From a virus: a DNA stretch of 64,000 nt. The notes beneath the pieces were generated by a model. That model did no database searches. It saw only the letters and a program-made list of their open reading frames with translations, and was not told the origin of the DNA. How positions within the stretch are numbered: the first letter of the stretch is position 1; each line of letters opens with the position of its first letter. Location of the stretch: positions 1 to 64,000 of the IMG/VR virus record IMGVR_UViG_3300047323_000694; one strand, given 5' to 3'. Shown here in pieces: positions 29,006 to 38,260 of this stretch. A program made the translations under genes and the position numbers.

Positions 29006-29314
29006 TCAGTCCCACTCCAACTGGTGAACGCCCTCGATCTGCTCCATATGCAGCTTGGCCATGTGCAGATACGCGGCGATATCCCGTTCCCTGAAACACC
29101 GGGCATCCGTGGGCACCACCTTCAAATCGAGCACAGCAATCAGGTCGCAGAGATACACCAGCTTTTCCGGTTTTAAACGGCTGATCGTCGCTTCATCGCA
29201 GTCCATTGCACGCGCCACCGGTGCGCCACCAATGGATGCAAGACGCTGCAATAGAACCGAATAGTTCTTGCGAGACCTTTCGGCCTGCTCATGGCTTAAT
29301 TTAGGTGTTGGCAT
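29006..29314 (-). CDS. cII: CII-like activator
   Basis: VARAM.CDE.TISRLK and LDLKVVP motifs; follows cro. Confidence 0.75.
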   Translation of the reverse strand: MPTPKLSHEQAERSRKNYSVLLQRLASIGGAPVARAMDCDEATISRLKPEKLVYLCDLIAVLDLKVVPTDARCFRERDIAAYLHMAKLHMEQIEGVHQLEWD

Positions 29315-29316
29315 AG

Positions 29317-29553
29317 TCAGGCCGCACCCTTCAGGACTTTTTTCGCCAAAGACACAAGGTCGGGCCTAAGTCCTGCAATGGTGATGCTTCCCTCTGAAGC
29401 ATCTTGCAGACGCTCACCAAGCTCCGCTGACGCTTTGCGATGACCGCCAGCGAGTTGCCATAAATGGCCGACGGTGGTGCCGGCCTCCAGTGCTACACGC
29501 TCGCGCTCAGCGGTCGGTGTTTTCGCCAACCAATCGCGTAAGTGGTCATTCAT
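29317..29553 (-). CDS. cro: Cro-like repressor
   Basis: Short HTH, GTTVGHLWQLAGG and LRPD motifs; divergent from cI. Confidence 0.75.
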   Translation of the reverse strand: MNDHLRDWLAKTPTAERERVALEAGTTVGHLWQLAGGHRKASAELGERLQDASEGSITIAGLRPDLVSLAKKVLKGAA

Positions 29554-29583
29554 AAAAATGTTCTCCTCGATACCTCAGGAGAA

Positions 29584-29649
29584 TTTAGCTTAGCGCTAAT
29601 TTATCAGCAAGGAAAATTTAGCTATGAGGACATTTAGCAGGAAGCTAAA
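29584..29649. promoter_or_regulatory. OR-like operators, TTTAGC-N5-GCTAAA
   Basis: Sites at 29584-29600 and 29633-29649 (perfect), half-site at 29617. Confidence 0.75.
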
Positions 29650-29668
29650 CAATGGCATTCTGAAATCC

Positions 29669-30379
29669 ATGGACATATATGAAATCAGAAAACTGAATTT
29701 GCTCAAGCTCATCGGCAGCCAGAAAAAGGCGTCATGCGCGGAACGCTGGGGCATGAGCCCCGCGCATTTGAGTCAAATTCTTTCAGCCAAAACCTCAAAG
29801 AACCTTGGGGACGATGTTGCCCGCAGAATTGAAACCCTTCAGGGGCTTCCTCATGGCTGGCTTGATACGTTGCAGGAAACACTCGATGAGAAACAATCCA
29901 TCGACGTTGAAGGTTTGCCCGCCCCACTGGCACAGAAAATAAAAAGTTACAGGCCTGTCATAGACGTTGAACGGTATGCCGTTGCAGGATCTATGGGTCC
30001 AGGTGCAGAACCGCCTGAAATGAACATGGTGGTTGAGCATATGAGGTTGGATGCAGGCTGGGTTCGACAGAACCTTGTCTTTACGTCCATCAATAATCTG
30101 AAGCTCATTTCCGGGCGCGGCGACAGTATGGCCCCTACCATCAGGCACGGCGATGCCCTGTTGGTTGACGTCGGTGTCACAAGTGTCGAATCGGATGCTA
30201 TCTACTTTTTCCAGATGCGTGGGCAGCTTCATGTGAAGCGTATTCAACGCAATCTGGATGGCCTGACCATTATTTCGGACAATAAACAGTACGAAAAGAT
30301 TGAGGTTCCGGGCGATCGAGAGGGCGACATTACTGTACTGGCGCAGATCATTTATTGGTGGACCGGGCGAAGCTTCTAA
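29669..30379 (+). CDS. cI: CI-like repressor (HTH plus S24 peptidase)
   Basis: GDSMAPTI..GD, VKR and ISDN..Y S24 motifs; AG cleavage site. Confidence 0.92.
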   Translation: MDIYEIRKLNLLKLIGSQKKASCAERWGMSPAHLSQILSAKTSKNLGDDVARRIETLQGLPHGWLDTLQETLDEKQSIDVEGLPAPLAQKIKSYRPVIDVERYAVAGSMGPGAEPPEMNMVVEHMRLDAGWVRQNLVFTSINNLKLISGRGDSMAPTIRHGDALLVDVGVTSVESDAIYFFQMRGQLHVKRIQRNLDGLTIISDNKQYEKIEVPGDREGDITVLAQIIYWWTGRSF

Positions 30380-30512
30380 GCGTCGCGGGTAAGACCTGAC
30401 ACGTCAGGAAGGGTGAGGGACGACAGCCCTCAAGGTAAAAATGAAGGAGTCATGCATGGCCCAGCGGCCCGTCTCAATACGTTGAACACTTGAGTTGAAG
30501 TATTCACATCCA

Positions 30513-30541
30513 AAGCCCGGCCCAGCGCCGGGCTTTTTTTT
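30513..30541 (+). terminator. Terminator after cI
   Basis: AGCCCGGC-loop-GCCGGGCT followed by a long T tract. Confidence 0.75.
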
Positions 30542-30617
30542 GCCAGCACATCCCCTCCTCCAAATCCCTGCAGCTATTTCATGGAGCCCACGACTCCACA
30601 ATCCGCGCGACCAAGAA

Positions 30618-30683
30618 TTTACTCATCAGCTAAATTTAATTTAGCTTTAGGCTATTGACTGAAAATTAGCTTGAAGCTAAATT
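30618..30683 (+). promoter_or_regulatory. pL-like promoter with three OL operators
   Basis: TTGACT (30655)-17 bp-TAAATT; operator copies at 30618, 30640 and 30665. Confidence 0.75.
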
Positions 30684-30896
30684 TATTCCATCGAAGCGCA
30701 ACACACTGCGCAACGATGGGCCACTGGCCCACCACACGACTGGTGAAGCCGCCAGATAGCACGGGGTCAGCGAAGTGGCCTCCCAGCCCCGAAAGGGACC
30801 GACTGGAGCCAAGTTCTTTAAGCAGGACGGAATGACCGCTTTCACTGGCAGACCTTCGCGAGAGGGTCTGACGGGAAATCAACCCAGGAGGAAACC

Positions 30897-31085
30897 ATGT
30901 TGATACTCACCCGCAACGTCGGCGAAACCATCCGCATCAATGACGACATCGTCGTGACCATCCTCGACGTACAAGGCAAACAGGTACGCATCGGCATCAC
31001 CGCCCCCGAGGATGTGCCGGTCCATCGTGAAGAAATCTACCGCCGCATCCAGGCCCAGCTCAACACACCTGGTAATGCGGCATAG
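30897..31085 (+). CDS. csrA: Phage-encoded CsrA/RsmA homolog
   Basis: MLILTR.VGE.I.I.DDI and [17 protein letters not shown] motifs. Confidence 0.95.
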   Translation: MLILTRNVGETIRINDDIVVTILDVQGKQVRIGITAPEDVPVHREEIYRRIQAQLNTPGNAA

Positions 31086-31151
31086 CCGTCAGCCTTCGAC
31101 ACAAACCCGCACACGCGCCATTCACCCACCCGGCTCCCGCAGGAGGCGACC

Positions 31152-31580
31152 ATGAACCCAACATCGGCAGCACAACTGAATTACGACCACGCACTGCCTC
31201 TGCAGGCAGATGACTATCTGGAAACCACAGACGGCCAACAATGGCTGACCGAGGCCATCGACGACCTGATGCACCGACGCAATATCACCGCGCCGAACGC
31301 AGTCGGTAAGGATCGGCTACTGGTCAGCTACAACCGACTGACCGACATACTGTTTGACCACCTGGCCTCTCGGGTCGACCCCGCCCATTGCATCGAACAG
31401 ATCCTGATCGAACTGATGCGCCGCGGTGAAACCGAAAACCTGCATCACCTGGCCGTCAGAGCCATCGGAGGCGAAACCGTCATCAGCGACCTGGCCACCG
31501 TCCTGCTATCTCGCTGCGCCAATAACTACCGGGACGCCAGACGCGAAAGCGACCGCATCGAAGCGCAATGCGGCTTTTGA
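31152..31580 (+). CDS. Hypothetical early phage protein
   Basis: AGGAGG Shine-Dalgarno; in early operon. Confidence 0.7.
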   Translation: MNPTSAAQLNYDHALPLQADDYLETTDGQQWLTEAIDDLMHRRNITAPNAVGKDRLLVSYNRLTDILFDHLASRVDPAHCIEQILIELMRRGETENLHHLAVRAIGGETVISDLATVLLSRCANNYRDARRESDRIEAQCGF

Positions 31581-31636
31581 TCACGATCACCTTACCTTCG
31601 TCGATATCGGGAAATGCGGCGACACGGGAGGCTGTA

Positions 31637-31846
31637 ATGCTTCACTCCAAGACCACGGCCCATTTGGCTGAACTCCCTGATCACCTGGCCCTGCCCAATG
31701 ATCGGGTAATGATGCTGTTCAAAGGCCGGACCATGGCCGAAGCCCTGCGCCAGGCCGAGTTGGCGAGCATCGAGAACGTCGACGCCTGGAGCGGCCGCGC
31801 CTGCCTGTGCGGGGAATGGACGCTGATGTATGAGGTACGGGCATGA
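31637..31846 (+). CDS. Hypothetical early phage protein
   Basis: GGGAGG Shine-Dalgarno; ATGA overlap with next gene. Confidence 0.6.
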   Translation: MLHSKTTAHLAELPDHLALPNDRVMMLFKGRTMAEALRQAELASIENVDAWSGRACLCGEWTLMYEVRA

Positions 31847-31962
31847 CATCGACTCAGCGCCGACGCCGGCTGATCTTCTGGCGCGGGTCATTCCCCGTGC
31901 TCGCCACCTACACCCTGCTGATCTTCGCCTTGGCCCTGGCCGAGCAGATCGCCCCTCGTTAA
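31843..31962 (+). CDS. 39-aa single-TM protein MTSTQRRRRLIFWRGSFPVL
   Basis: ATGA coupling; basic N-terminus plus hydrophobic helix. Confidence 0.55.
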   Translation: MTSTQRRRRLIFWRGSFPVLATYTLLIFALALAEQIAPR

Positions 31963-32009
31963 TTCATACCTTTTCAACGCTGCGCGCCCTGCGCGGTATA
32001 GGAGAAGCC

Positions 32010-32735
32010 ATGTCTGAGAACATGCGAATCTGGGCCCAGGTCGAGAAGACCGACACCCGCTTCACCAAAAAAGCCGATGTGAACGGCCAGAAGATCACCA
32101 GCCTCAACGGCACCGCCATGATCATGAAGGCCACTGAAGTGTTCGGCCCGGTAGGCCTGGGCTTTGGTTGGAACATCATCGAAGAACGATTCGACCCGGG
32201 CGCCGAAATGTACAGCGGCGAAGGCGACAAACGCATCAGCCTGGGCCATGAGCTGAACCACACGGTCAAAATCAAATTCTGGTACACCCGGGACGGCCAG
32301 CGCGGCGAGCTGGAGCAGTACGGCTGCACCCGCTACCTCTACAAATCGAAGTACGGCACCACTACCGACGGCGAAGCCCCGAAAAAGTCCCTGACCGACG
32401 CCATCAAGAAAGCCCTGTCCATGCTCGGCTTCAGCGCCGACGTGTTCCTCGGGTTGTTTGACGACGCCGACTACCTCGAGCAACGCCTAGCCGAAGAGAT
32501 GCTCGAGCAAGCCGAGGACCGGGAGGCCGAGCAAGAGCGCCAGCGCTTGGAAGTACGGGAGTTCGTCAACTCAACAATCGAAACCATGAAAGGCGCCCAG
32601 TCGAAACGCGAACTGAAACAGATCCACGACCACGCTGTTCGCCACCTCTTACGCCGTAAGGAAGAAAAGGCGGCAGCCAGAATCAGCCGCGAGCTGGATC
32701 GCATGTCCGCCGGTAGCCAGGAGATCGCAGCATGA
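32010..32735 (+). CDS. Rad52/Sak-like ssDNA annealing protein
   Basis: ATEVFGP.G.G.G and EAPKKS.TDA.KKALS.LG..AD motifs. Confidence 0.7.
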   Translation: MSENMRIWAQVEKTDTRFTKKADVNGQKITSLNGTAMIMKATEVFGPVGLGFGWNIIEERFDPGAEMYSGEGDKRISLGHELNHTVKIKFWYTRDGQRGELEQYGCTRYLYKSKYGTTTDGEAPKKSLTDAIKKALSMLGFSADVFLGLFDDADYLEQRLAEEMLEQAEDREAEQERQRLEVREFVNSTIETMKGAQSKRELKQIHDHAVRHLLRRKEEKAAARISRELDRMSAGSQEIAA

Positions 32736-33295
32736 CTCAGCTCTACGCGTTAACGGGCCAAATGGCCGAACTCGTCGCGATGCTTGATACCGACGACGAA
32801 AGCCTTAAACACGCACTGCAAGACACCATGGACGCCATCCAGGGCGAGTTTGAAACCAAGGCCGACAACATCGTCATGCTGCGCCGGAACATAGAAGGCG
32901 ATATCGGCGCCATCGAAAAAGAGGTCGAGCGCCTGAACGAGCTGAAACGCATCAAGAAGAACAGCGTCAGCCAGATCAGCGATTACCTGCGCCGGAATAT
33001 GGAGGCGGCGAACATCAAGAGCATCAAGCGACCGCTGTTCACCATCACCCTGGCAATGGCGCCGGAAAAGGTGGTCGTCGATAACACGGATGAGATACCC
33101 GATGAGCTGGTGACGGTGGTGACTTCGGTTGAGCCGGATAAGAAAGCCATTGCGGTTCAATTAAAGAGAATTCGCGAGCATAACGCCGAGGTGCGCAAGC
33201 AGATGGACGCTGGCGAGGATGTAGAAGCTGAGCTGCTACCGGAGCCCGCTTGGGCACATCTCGAGCGAGGCGACAGCTCAATCCGAATCAAGTAA
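32732..33295 (+). CDS. Siphovirus Gp157-family protein
   Basis: LY.LT N-terminal coiled coil, IPDE..PDKKAI, SIRIK C-terminus. Confidence 0.85.
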   Translation: MTQLYALTGQMAELVAMLDTDDESLKHALQDTMDAIQGEFETKADNIVMLRRNIEGDIGAIEKEVERLNELKRIKKNSVSQISDYLRRNMEAANIKSIKRPLFTITLAMAPEKVVVDNTDEIPDELVTVVTSVEPDKKAIAVQLKRIREHNAEVRKQMDAGEDVEAELLPEPAWAHLERGDSSIRIK

Positions 33296-33643
33296 AGGGC
33301 TACCAGCCCTGCCCCAGCCGCCTGCCAATTTTCGCAAGAGCAAACCATGAAACCTGTAAACATCAACGATCTGTGCGACCGTCGCACGGCTCACAGAGAT
33401 AACCTGCGCCTCCTGTTTAAGCATAGCTCTAATTGGGTAAACGACGACATCGCCAGAGGAGCTTTCACGATCGAGAACCTCACAAAGCAAGTCAAGGAAA
33501 AAATAGGCACTTCATTATCCGTTTCGGACACTGCTCGGGACCTAATTAGTAATGCACCTAAAAACAAAAATCACCCATTATAAAATGGGTGACCTGCTGC
33601 TGGCGGCAAGATTTTACAACAGTAGCCGCAAATCAAACTCTTT

Positions 33644-33877
33644 TTATTTTTTTTGAACAGAATGCACTAAAAGTTTCCAAAGAATGGGTGCACTACCCGC
33701 ATGCTGATGATGGTTTTGCGGAGGAAGGGTATGTCCGCCAGCAATGGATATTTCATCCCCACAATTTTTGCAGCGATAAATTCCTGCCCATGTCGCTGCA
33801 TGCCCCGGACTTAACTCTGTATCGAATGCTGCATCTTGGCTTGCTGTAAGCAACGAACCATCTTTGTAAAGTGCCAT
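33644..33877 (-). CDS. YjzC-like zinc-ribbon protein
   Basis: PG..GIYRC..CG.E..LPPQNHHQH..W.L motif. Confidence 0.7.
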   Translation of the reverse strand: MALYKDGSLLTASQDAAFDTELSPGHAATWAGIYRCKNCGDEISIAGGHTLPPQNHHQHAGSAPILWKLLVHSVQKK

Positions 33878-34009
33878 TAATAACTCCTTAAATTAATTTT
33901 TTCGTTTCCTTCCCGGGAAGCGTAAATAAAACCACTGATATCAAATTGCCGCAATACTGGGTTTTTAACCATGCGAGCAGCCTGGGTCCCTCTACGCAGG
34001 ACGAGCCCA

Positions 34010-34471
34010 TAGACATAATGATCGGCACTCGCTCCGATGAGCCCCGCTGGGTTGCGAAGATCCGTAACCTAGGCAGCACCACCGAGAGCAAGCACGCCAC
34101 AATGATCACGCTCTTAGCTGACGCCCGGGTCGGTTTTCAGGACGTCACGGACTTCTGGAAAGGCAACCCTTCGACTTGATGTTGCCGATGATCAACGGCA
34201 AGACGCTCAAAGGGAATTGTGATTTGTGCTTTCTCAAGGGCGCTAAACAGATCTATTCAATCATCTCAAGCGAGCTTGGCTAATCGGCACCCAAGGGCGA
34301 CTGGCAGGCGCAGCAAGAAAAAACGTCAAGTTAGGCAACGGGACAACAGGCTAAGGCGCTCTGTTCCGCTTCGACCGCCCCGGCTATCAGCAGATGCTCG
34401 CCTACTCAAACACTCAAATCGATATTTTCTCCGGGCATGATCGATCCGTTGGGTGTTTCTGCGGAGATTAG
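34010..34471 (+). pseudogene. Decayed PAPS-reductase-like phage gene (3' part)
   Basis: Fragments in shifting frames: IG.RSDEP, DV.DFW, FDL, GNCDLCFLKG, FRFDRPGY, GCFCGD-stop. Confidence 0.6.
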
Positions 34472-34887
34472 GTATGTTTGAGAGCCGAGATAATCCCAGT
34501 GATCATGCCTGCACAACCAAAGAATATGGGTATCCAGAATGCAACGGCTTCCCTCTTTGCTTTTTGCTCTTCGCGTATCAACTTTCTTATTTCAAGAACT
34601 CCTATTTGAGTCAAATACTTGGGTTGCGATGGATCATTGTCGAAATCCACTGAATCCCAGAGCGATTTGTCGCTTCGATCCGGAAGTGGAAGATTTAAAT
34701 CATCAGCTTTCCTGGAAAAATACTTGGTCATGACTAGCTGGCGCCATTCGTAAATATTAGAAGCCTCTTGAATATAGGAGTGCCAGTCATCAGCGGGCTC
34801 GTGGGGCCTCTTTTTTTCATTTTCGGCTTCTGCCCGCCGTATTTTCTTTAGATCATTCCTGTGTTCAAACCAATTCATAAACGACAT
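34468..34887 (-). CDS. AT-rich moron with C-terminal TM helix
   Basis: GGGAGGGAG upstream; YLTQIG..IRKLIREE followed by a TM segment. Confidence 0.7.
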   Translation of the reverse strand: MSFMNWFEHRNDLKKIRRAEAENEKKRPHEPADDWHSYIQEASNIYEWRQLVMTKYFSRKADDLNLPLPDRSDKSLWDSVDFDNDPSQPKYLTQIGVLEIRKLIREEQKAKREAVAFWIPIFFGCAGMITGIISALKHT

Positions 34888-34936
34888 CCGACTCCCTCCC
34901 TAGAATTTTTCTAGACTATACCGTCGAGGCTTAGCT

Positions 34937-36106
34937 ATGCCCATCATTTACGGTAGCGTGTGCAGCGGAATTGAAGCCGCGACAGCAGCCTGGCATCAAC
35001 TAGGCATGCGTGCAGCTTGGTACGCCGAAATCGAACCCTTTCCCTGCGCGGTGCTGGCCCACCATTACCCCAACACACCAAACCTCGGCGACATGACCCG
35101 GCTCGCCGCTATGGTGTTATCCGGAATAATCGTCGCGCCCGACATTCTGGTCGGAGGGACACCCTGCCAAGCCTTTTCTGTGGCCGGTATGCGCGAGGGT
35201 CTTTCCGATCCGCGCGGCGCCCTCACCATCAAATACGTGGAGCTTGCAGATGCAGTTGACCATGTTCGAATCCTGCGAAACGAACCCGAATCCATCATCG
35301 TCTGGGAGAACGTCCCGGGTGTCCTGTCCGACAAAGGCAACGCCTTCGGATGCTTTCTTGGCGCGCTTGCTGGGGAAAACTGCGAGTTGCAGCCTTCAGG
35401 GAAGCGCTGGCAGGACGTTGGTTGTGTGTATGGACCCAAAAGAACAATCGCATGGAGGATTCTTGACGCCCAATATTTCGGCCTGGCCCAACGACGCCGC
35501 CGTGTGTTCGTTGTCGCAAGTGCTCGACCGGGGTTCGATCCCGCGTCGGTACTTCTTGAGCGAGAAGGCCTGCGCCGGGATTCTGCGCCGGGCCGAAGCC
35601 CGCTCAAGGCGGTTGCCGCCCTCACTTCAAGCGGCGTTGGAACATGCGGCGCGGACGACAACCAAGCCCAGGCCGGCCACATCATCGCCACCTATGGCGG
35701 AGGACGGCGCGGCGGCCCCATCGATGTAGCAGCCTGCCTCGTGGCCAAAGGGCAAAAGCTGGATTTTGAAGTGGAAAGTTTTGTGGTGCATGGCACACAA
35801 GATCCATGTGTCAGCAGAGACATGGCCTTTGCGCTGGGGAGGAACAGTGGACAGGAAAATGCCGTGTACGCCATGCAAGCGGCCGTACCGACTCATACAT
35901 GGCAAAGGGTAAGGCGGCTGACACCCATCGAGTGTGAACGACTTCAGGGCTTTCCTGACAACTACACGCTGATTCCCTGGAGAAACAAGGCAGCGCAGGA
36001 CTGCCCTGATGGGCCTCGATATCGAGCCATTGGAAACAGCAAGGCAGTGCCCGTCATACGCTGGATTGGCCTACGTATAAGTCGAGCACTGCATTCAAGC
36101 ACCTGA
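34937..36106 (+). CDS. C5 DNA cytosine methyltransferase
   Basis: SVCSGI, GGTPCQ, WENVPG, QRRRRVF and IGNS motifs. Confidence 0.93.
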   Translation: MPIIYGSVCSGIEAATAAWHQLGMRAAWYAEIEPFPCAVLAHHYPNTPNLGDMTRLAAMVLSGIIVAPDILVGGTPCQAFSVAGMREGLSDPRGALTIKYVELADAVDHVRILRNEPESIIVWENVPGVLSDKGNAFGCFLGALAGENCELQPSGKRWQDVGCVYGPKRTIAWRILDAQYFGLAQRRRRVFVVASARPGFDPASVLLEREGLRRDSAPGRSPLKAVAALTSSGVGTCGADDNQAQAGHIIATYGGGRRGGPIDVAACLVAKGQKLDFEVESFVVHGTQDPCVSRDMAFALGRNSGQENAVYAMQAAVPTHTWQRVRRLTPIECERLQGFPDNYTLIPWRNKAAQDCPDGPRYRAIGNSKAVPVIRWIGLRISRALHSST

Positions 36107-36264
36107 CTACTTCTTCTTTTCCTTGTCGCCTTTTTTTGCGCAGGAGTCCGATCATCACCTTTATTCGTTCGATGATCGTGCCCACCCGTCTCTTTTTGAC
36201 GACCAGTAGAAATGACCCCTTTGCTGGTGCTGTCGTTCGAGTTTAGAAAATCGAAAATACCCAT
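36107..36264 (-). CDS. Small basic protein (GGHDHR motif) with a frameshift at an A7 run
   Basis: Shine-Dalgarno GGGAG; -1 shift at A AAA AAG gives QKKGDKEKKK-stop abutting the methyltransferase stop. Confidence 0.5.
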
Positions 36265-36446
36265 TTTTGCTCCCTGCTGTACCTGGCTGAACAACCATTT
36301 GTCTCATCCATGATAGCTCCAAATTGCCATCACGCCTCAACCTCAAATCGTTAATCCCCCATCCGCATGCCAATTGCCAGACGCAATCGGTACAGCATTC
36401 AACATGACAACAAACACCCCTCCTACGCATCACAGGAAGCTTCGCC

Positions 36447-36848
36447 ATGGCCAACACCAGCGCAAAGAGTGTAGAGGCGCCGCAATCCAGATTTATCCGC
36501 TTCAAGCATGCATGGGGATACCTGGGCATGTGCCGCGATGAATTTAACAAAACCGTCAGGCCCCACGTCCGGGAATTCCCCATTGGGAAACAGGGTGTGG
36601 GATTTGACAGGCATGAGCTGGACGAGTGGGCAGATGCCTACGTCGAGTCCATGTCGATTGAAAAAGAGAACAACCGAGTCAACAATCAGCCCCGCAGTGG
36701 GCGCCAAGGAGTCAATCAATGGCGCGCAAAACCATGTCCGGCCTCTACGAGAGGAACGGCATTTGGCACATCGACAAGATCGTCAGAGGTAGCCGAATTC
36801 AAGAAAGTACTGGAACGAGTGAAAGGCAAGAAGCAGAGCAATACTTGA
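36447..36848 (+). CDS. Excisionase-like protein
   Basis: A..YLGM.R..FN..VRP and FDR.ELD.W winged-helix motif; overlaps int. Confidence 0.7.
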   Translation: MANTSAKSVEAPQSRFIRFKHAWGYLGMCRDEFNKTVRPHVREFPIGKQGVGFDRHELDEWADAYVESMSIEKENNRVNNQPRSGRQGVNQWRAKPCPASTRGTAFGTSTRSSEVAEFKKVLERVKGKKQSNT

Positions 36849-37897
36849 TCCATCGGCTCGAAAAGCTCAGGGAGCAAAGAGTGTACGGCGTGCGCCAGGT
36901 GCGAACCTGGCGGGAGGCAGCAACCCGATACCTGGTGGAGTTCAGCCACCAGACATCCATCGAGCTTACAGCGTCCCACCTCGAGCAGTTGGACCCGTAC
37001 ATTGGCGATCTGCCGATCACCCACATCGACGATGGGACGCTTGCACAATTCATCAAGGATCGAAAAAGCCCGGGCAAAACGTCAAAGGGCAAGGTCAAGC
37101 CGGGAGTTGCCAACAGGACCGTTAACATCGCCTTACAGCGCGTCGTCAGGATCTTGAACCTGTGCGCGCGAAAATGGCGGGATGCGGAAAAACGTCCGTG
37201 GCTGGATTCGGTGCCGATGATCAGCATGCTGGAAGAAAAGAACAGCAGCCGTAAGCCCTACCCACTGTCGTGGGACGAGCAATCGGTGTTCTTTGCTGAG
37301 TTACCGGCGCACCTTCAGCGGATGGCGCTTTTCAAGGTCAACACCGGGTGCCGCGAACAGGAAGTATGCAAACTGCGTTGGGATTGGGAGATTTACGTGC
37401 CGGAGCTGGAGACCAGCGTATTTCTGATCCCATATTCCTTCGGCGGGCGAAAGGAGAAGTCCGGCGTGAAGAATGGCGAGGACCGCCTTGTGATCCTGAA
37501 TGGGGTCGCAAAGTCGGTAATTGATAGGCAACGAGGCCAAAGCGAGGAGTGGGTGTTTCCCTATGAAGGCAGGGCAATGCACAGGATGAACGACACGGCA
37601 TGGCAAAACGCGCGGGAGCGTTCAGGCAAGATCTGGCAGGAAAAATATTTAAAGCCGGCGCTGCCAGGTTTTGTATCACTCAGGGTTCACGATTTGAAAC
37701 ACACCTTTGGCAGAAGGCTGCGGGCGGCGGGCGTTACAGAGGAGGACAGAAAGGCATTGCTTGGGCATAAGAACGGCAGCATCACCAGCCACTACTCCAC
37801 CGCAGAGCTGGGGCATTTGATTGACGCTGCGAATAAGGCGTCGTCCACCGACTCGCGTGGCCCGGCGTTGACAATACTAAGGAGGAAAACGGGATGA
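36719..37897 (+). CDS. int: Tyrosine integrase
   Basis: TGCREQE, HDLKHTFG, LLGH and HY motifs. Confidence 0.95.
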   Translation: MARKTMSGLYERNGIWHIDKIVRGSRIQESTGTSERQEAEQYLIHRLEKLREQRVYGVRQVRTWREAATRYLVEFSHQTSIELTASHLEQLDPYIGDLPITHIDDGTLAQFIKDRKSPGKTSKGKVKPGVANRTVNIALQRVVRILNLCARKWRDAEKRPWLDSVPMISMLEEKNSSRKPYPLSWDEQSVFFAELPAHLQRMALFKVNTGCREQEVCKLRWDWEIYVPELETSVFLIPYSFGGRKEKSGVKNGEDRLVILNGVAKSVIDRQRGQSEEWVFPYEGRAMHRMNDTAWQNARERSGKIWQEKYLKPALPGFVSLRVHDLKHTFGRRLRAAGVTEEDRKALLGHKNGSITSHYSTAELGHLIDAANKASSTDSRGPALTILRRKTG

Positions 37898-37966
37898 ACC
37901 CCCGCAAAAGTCCCTGCGCGTAAAAAAGCCGAACTGGCTAGAGTTCGGCTAAGTCACTGAAAAATA

Positions 37967-38015
37967 TGGTCGGGACGGAGTGATTCGAACACTCGACCCC
38001 TAGCACCCCATGCTA
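37967..38015 (-). repeat. att core: 3' fragment of tRNA-Pro(GGG)
   Basis: Reverse complement TAGCATGGGGTGCTAGGGGTCGAGTGTTCGAATCACTCCGTCCCGACCA has anticodon arm, T arm and CCA; the 5' half is absent. Confidence 0.9.
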
Positions 38016-38229
38016 CGGTCAATACTCACATAACTCTATGATTTAATTGAAATACATAGGTATTCGAGCAAGCCAAATAATACGTTTTATTGTGGTTACG
38101 CAAACGAAAACACGCGGTCTCCAGCGCAGGTTTTGCGCAAGCTTGCGCCCCGCCCCCGGCGTCCTGCCGACATTCAAAACCATACCCTTTCATCACCTGA
38201 CACTAGTCATCCATTCATCATCTCGATTA

Positions 38230-38245
38230 CTGTATATCCAAACAG
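38230..38245. promoter_or_regulatory. LexA (SOS) box
   Basis: CTGTATATCCAAACAG within TACTG...CAGTA, 15 bp upstream of ATG 38261. Confidence 0.85.
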
Positions 38246-38260
38246 TATCGGATAATCCAC

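Larger units (their letters stand above)
1..37966. mobile_element. Prophage 1, temperate myovirus (left boundary outside window)
   Basis: Ordered integrase, early, replication, lysis, head and contractile tail modules ending at the tRNA-Pro 3' fragment. Confidence 0.9.

Noticed and set aside
33347-33583. 78-aa ORF after Gp157
   Set aside because: Plausible start but no recognisable family, and it runs into an AT-rich insertion; not supportable as an intact gene
37967-38015. Functional tRNA-Pro gene
   Set aside because: The acceptor 5' strand and D arm are missing; it is the duplicated att core
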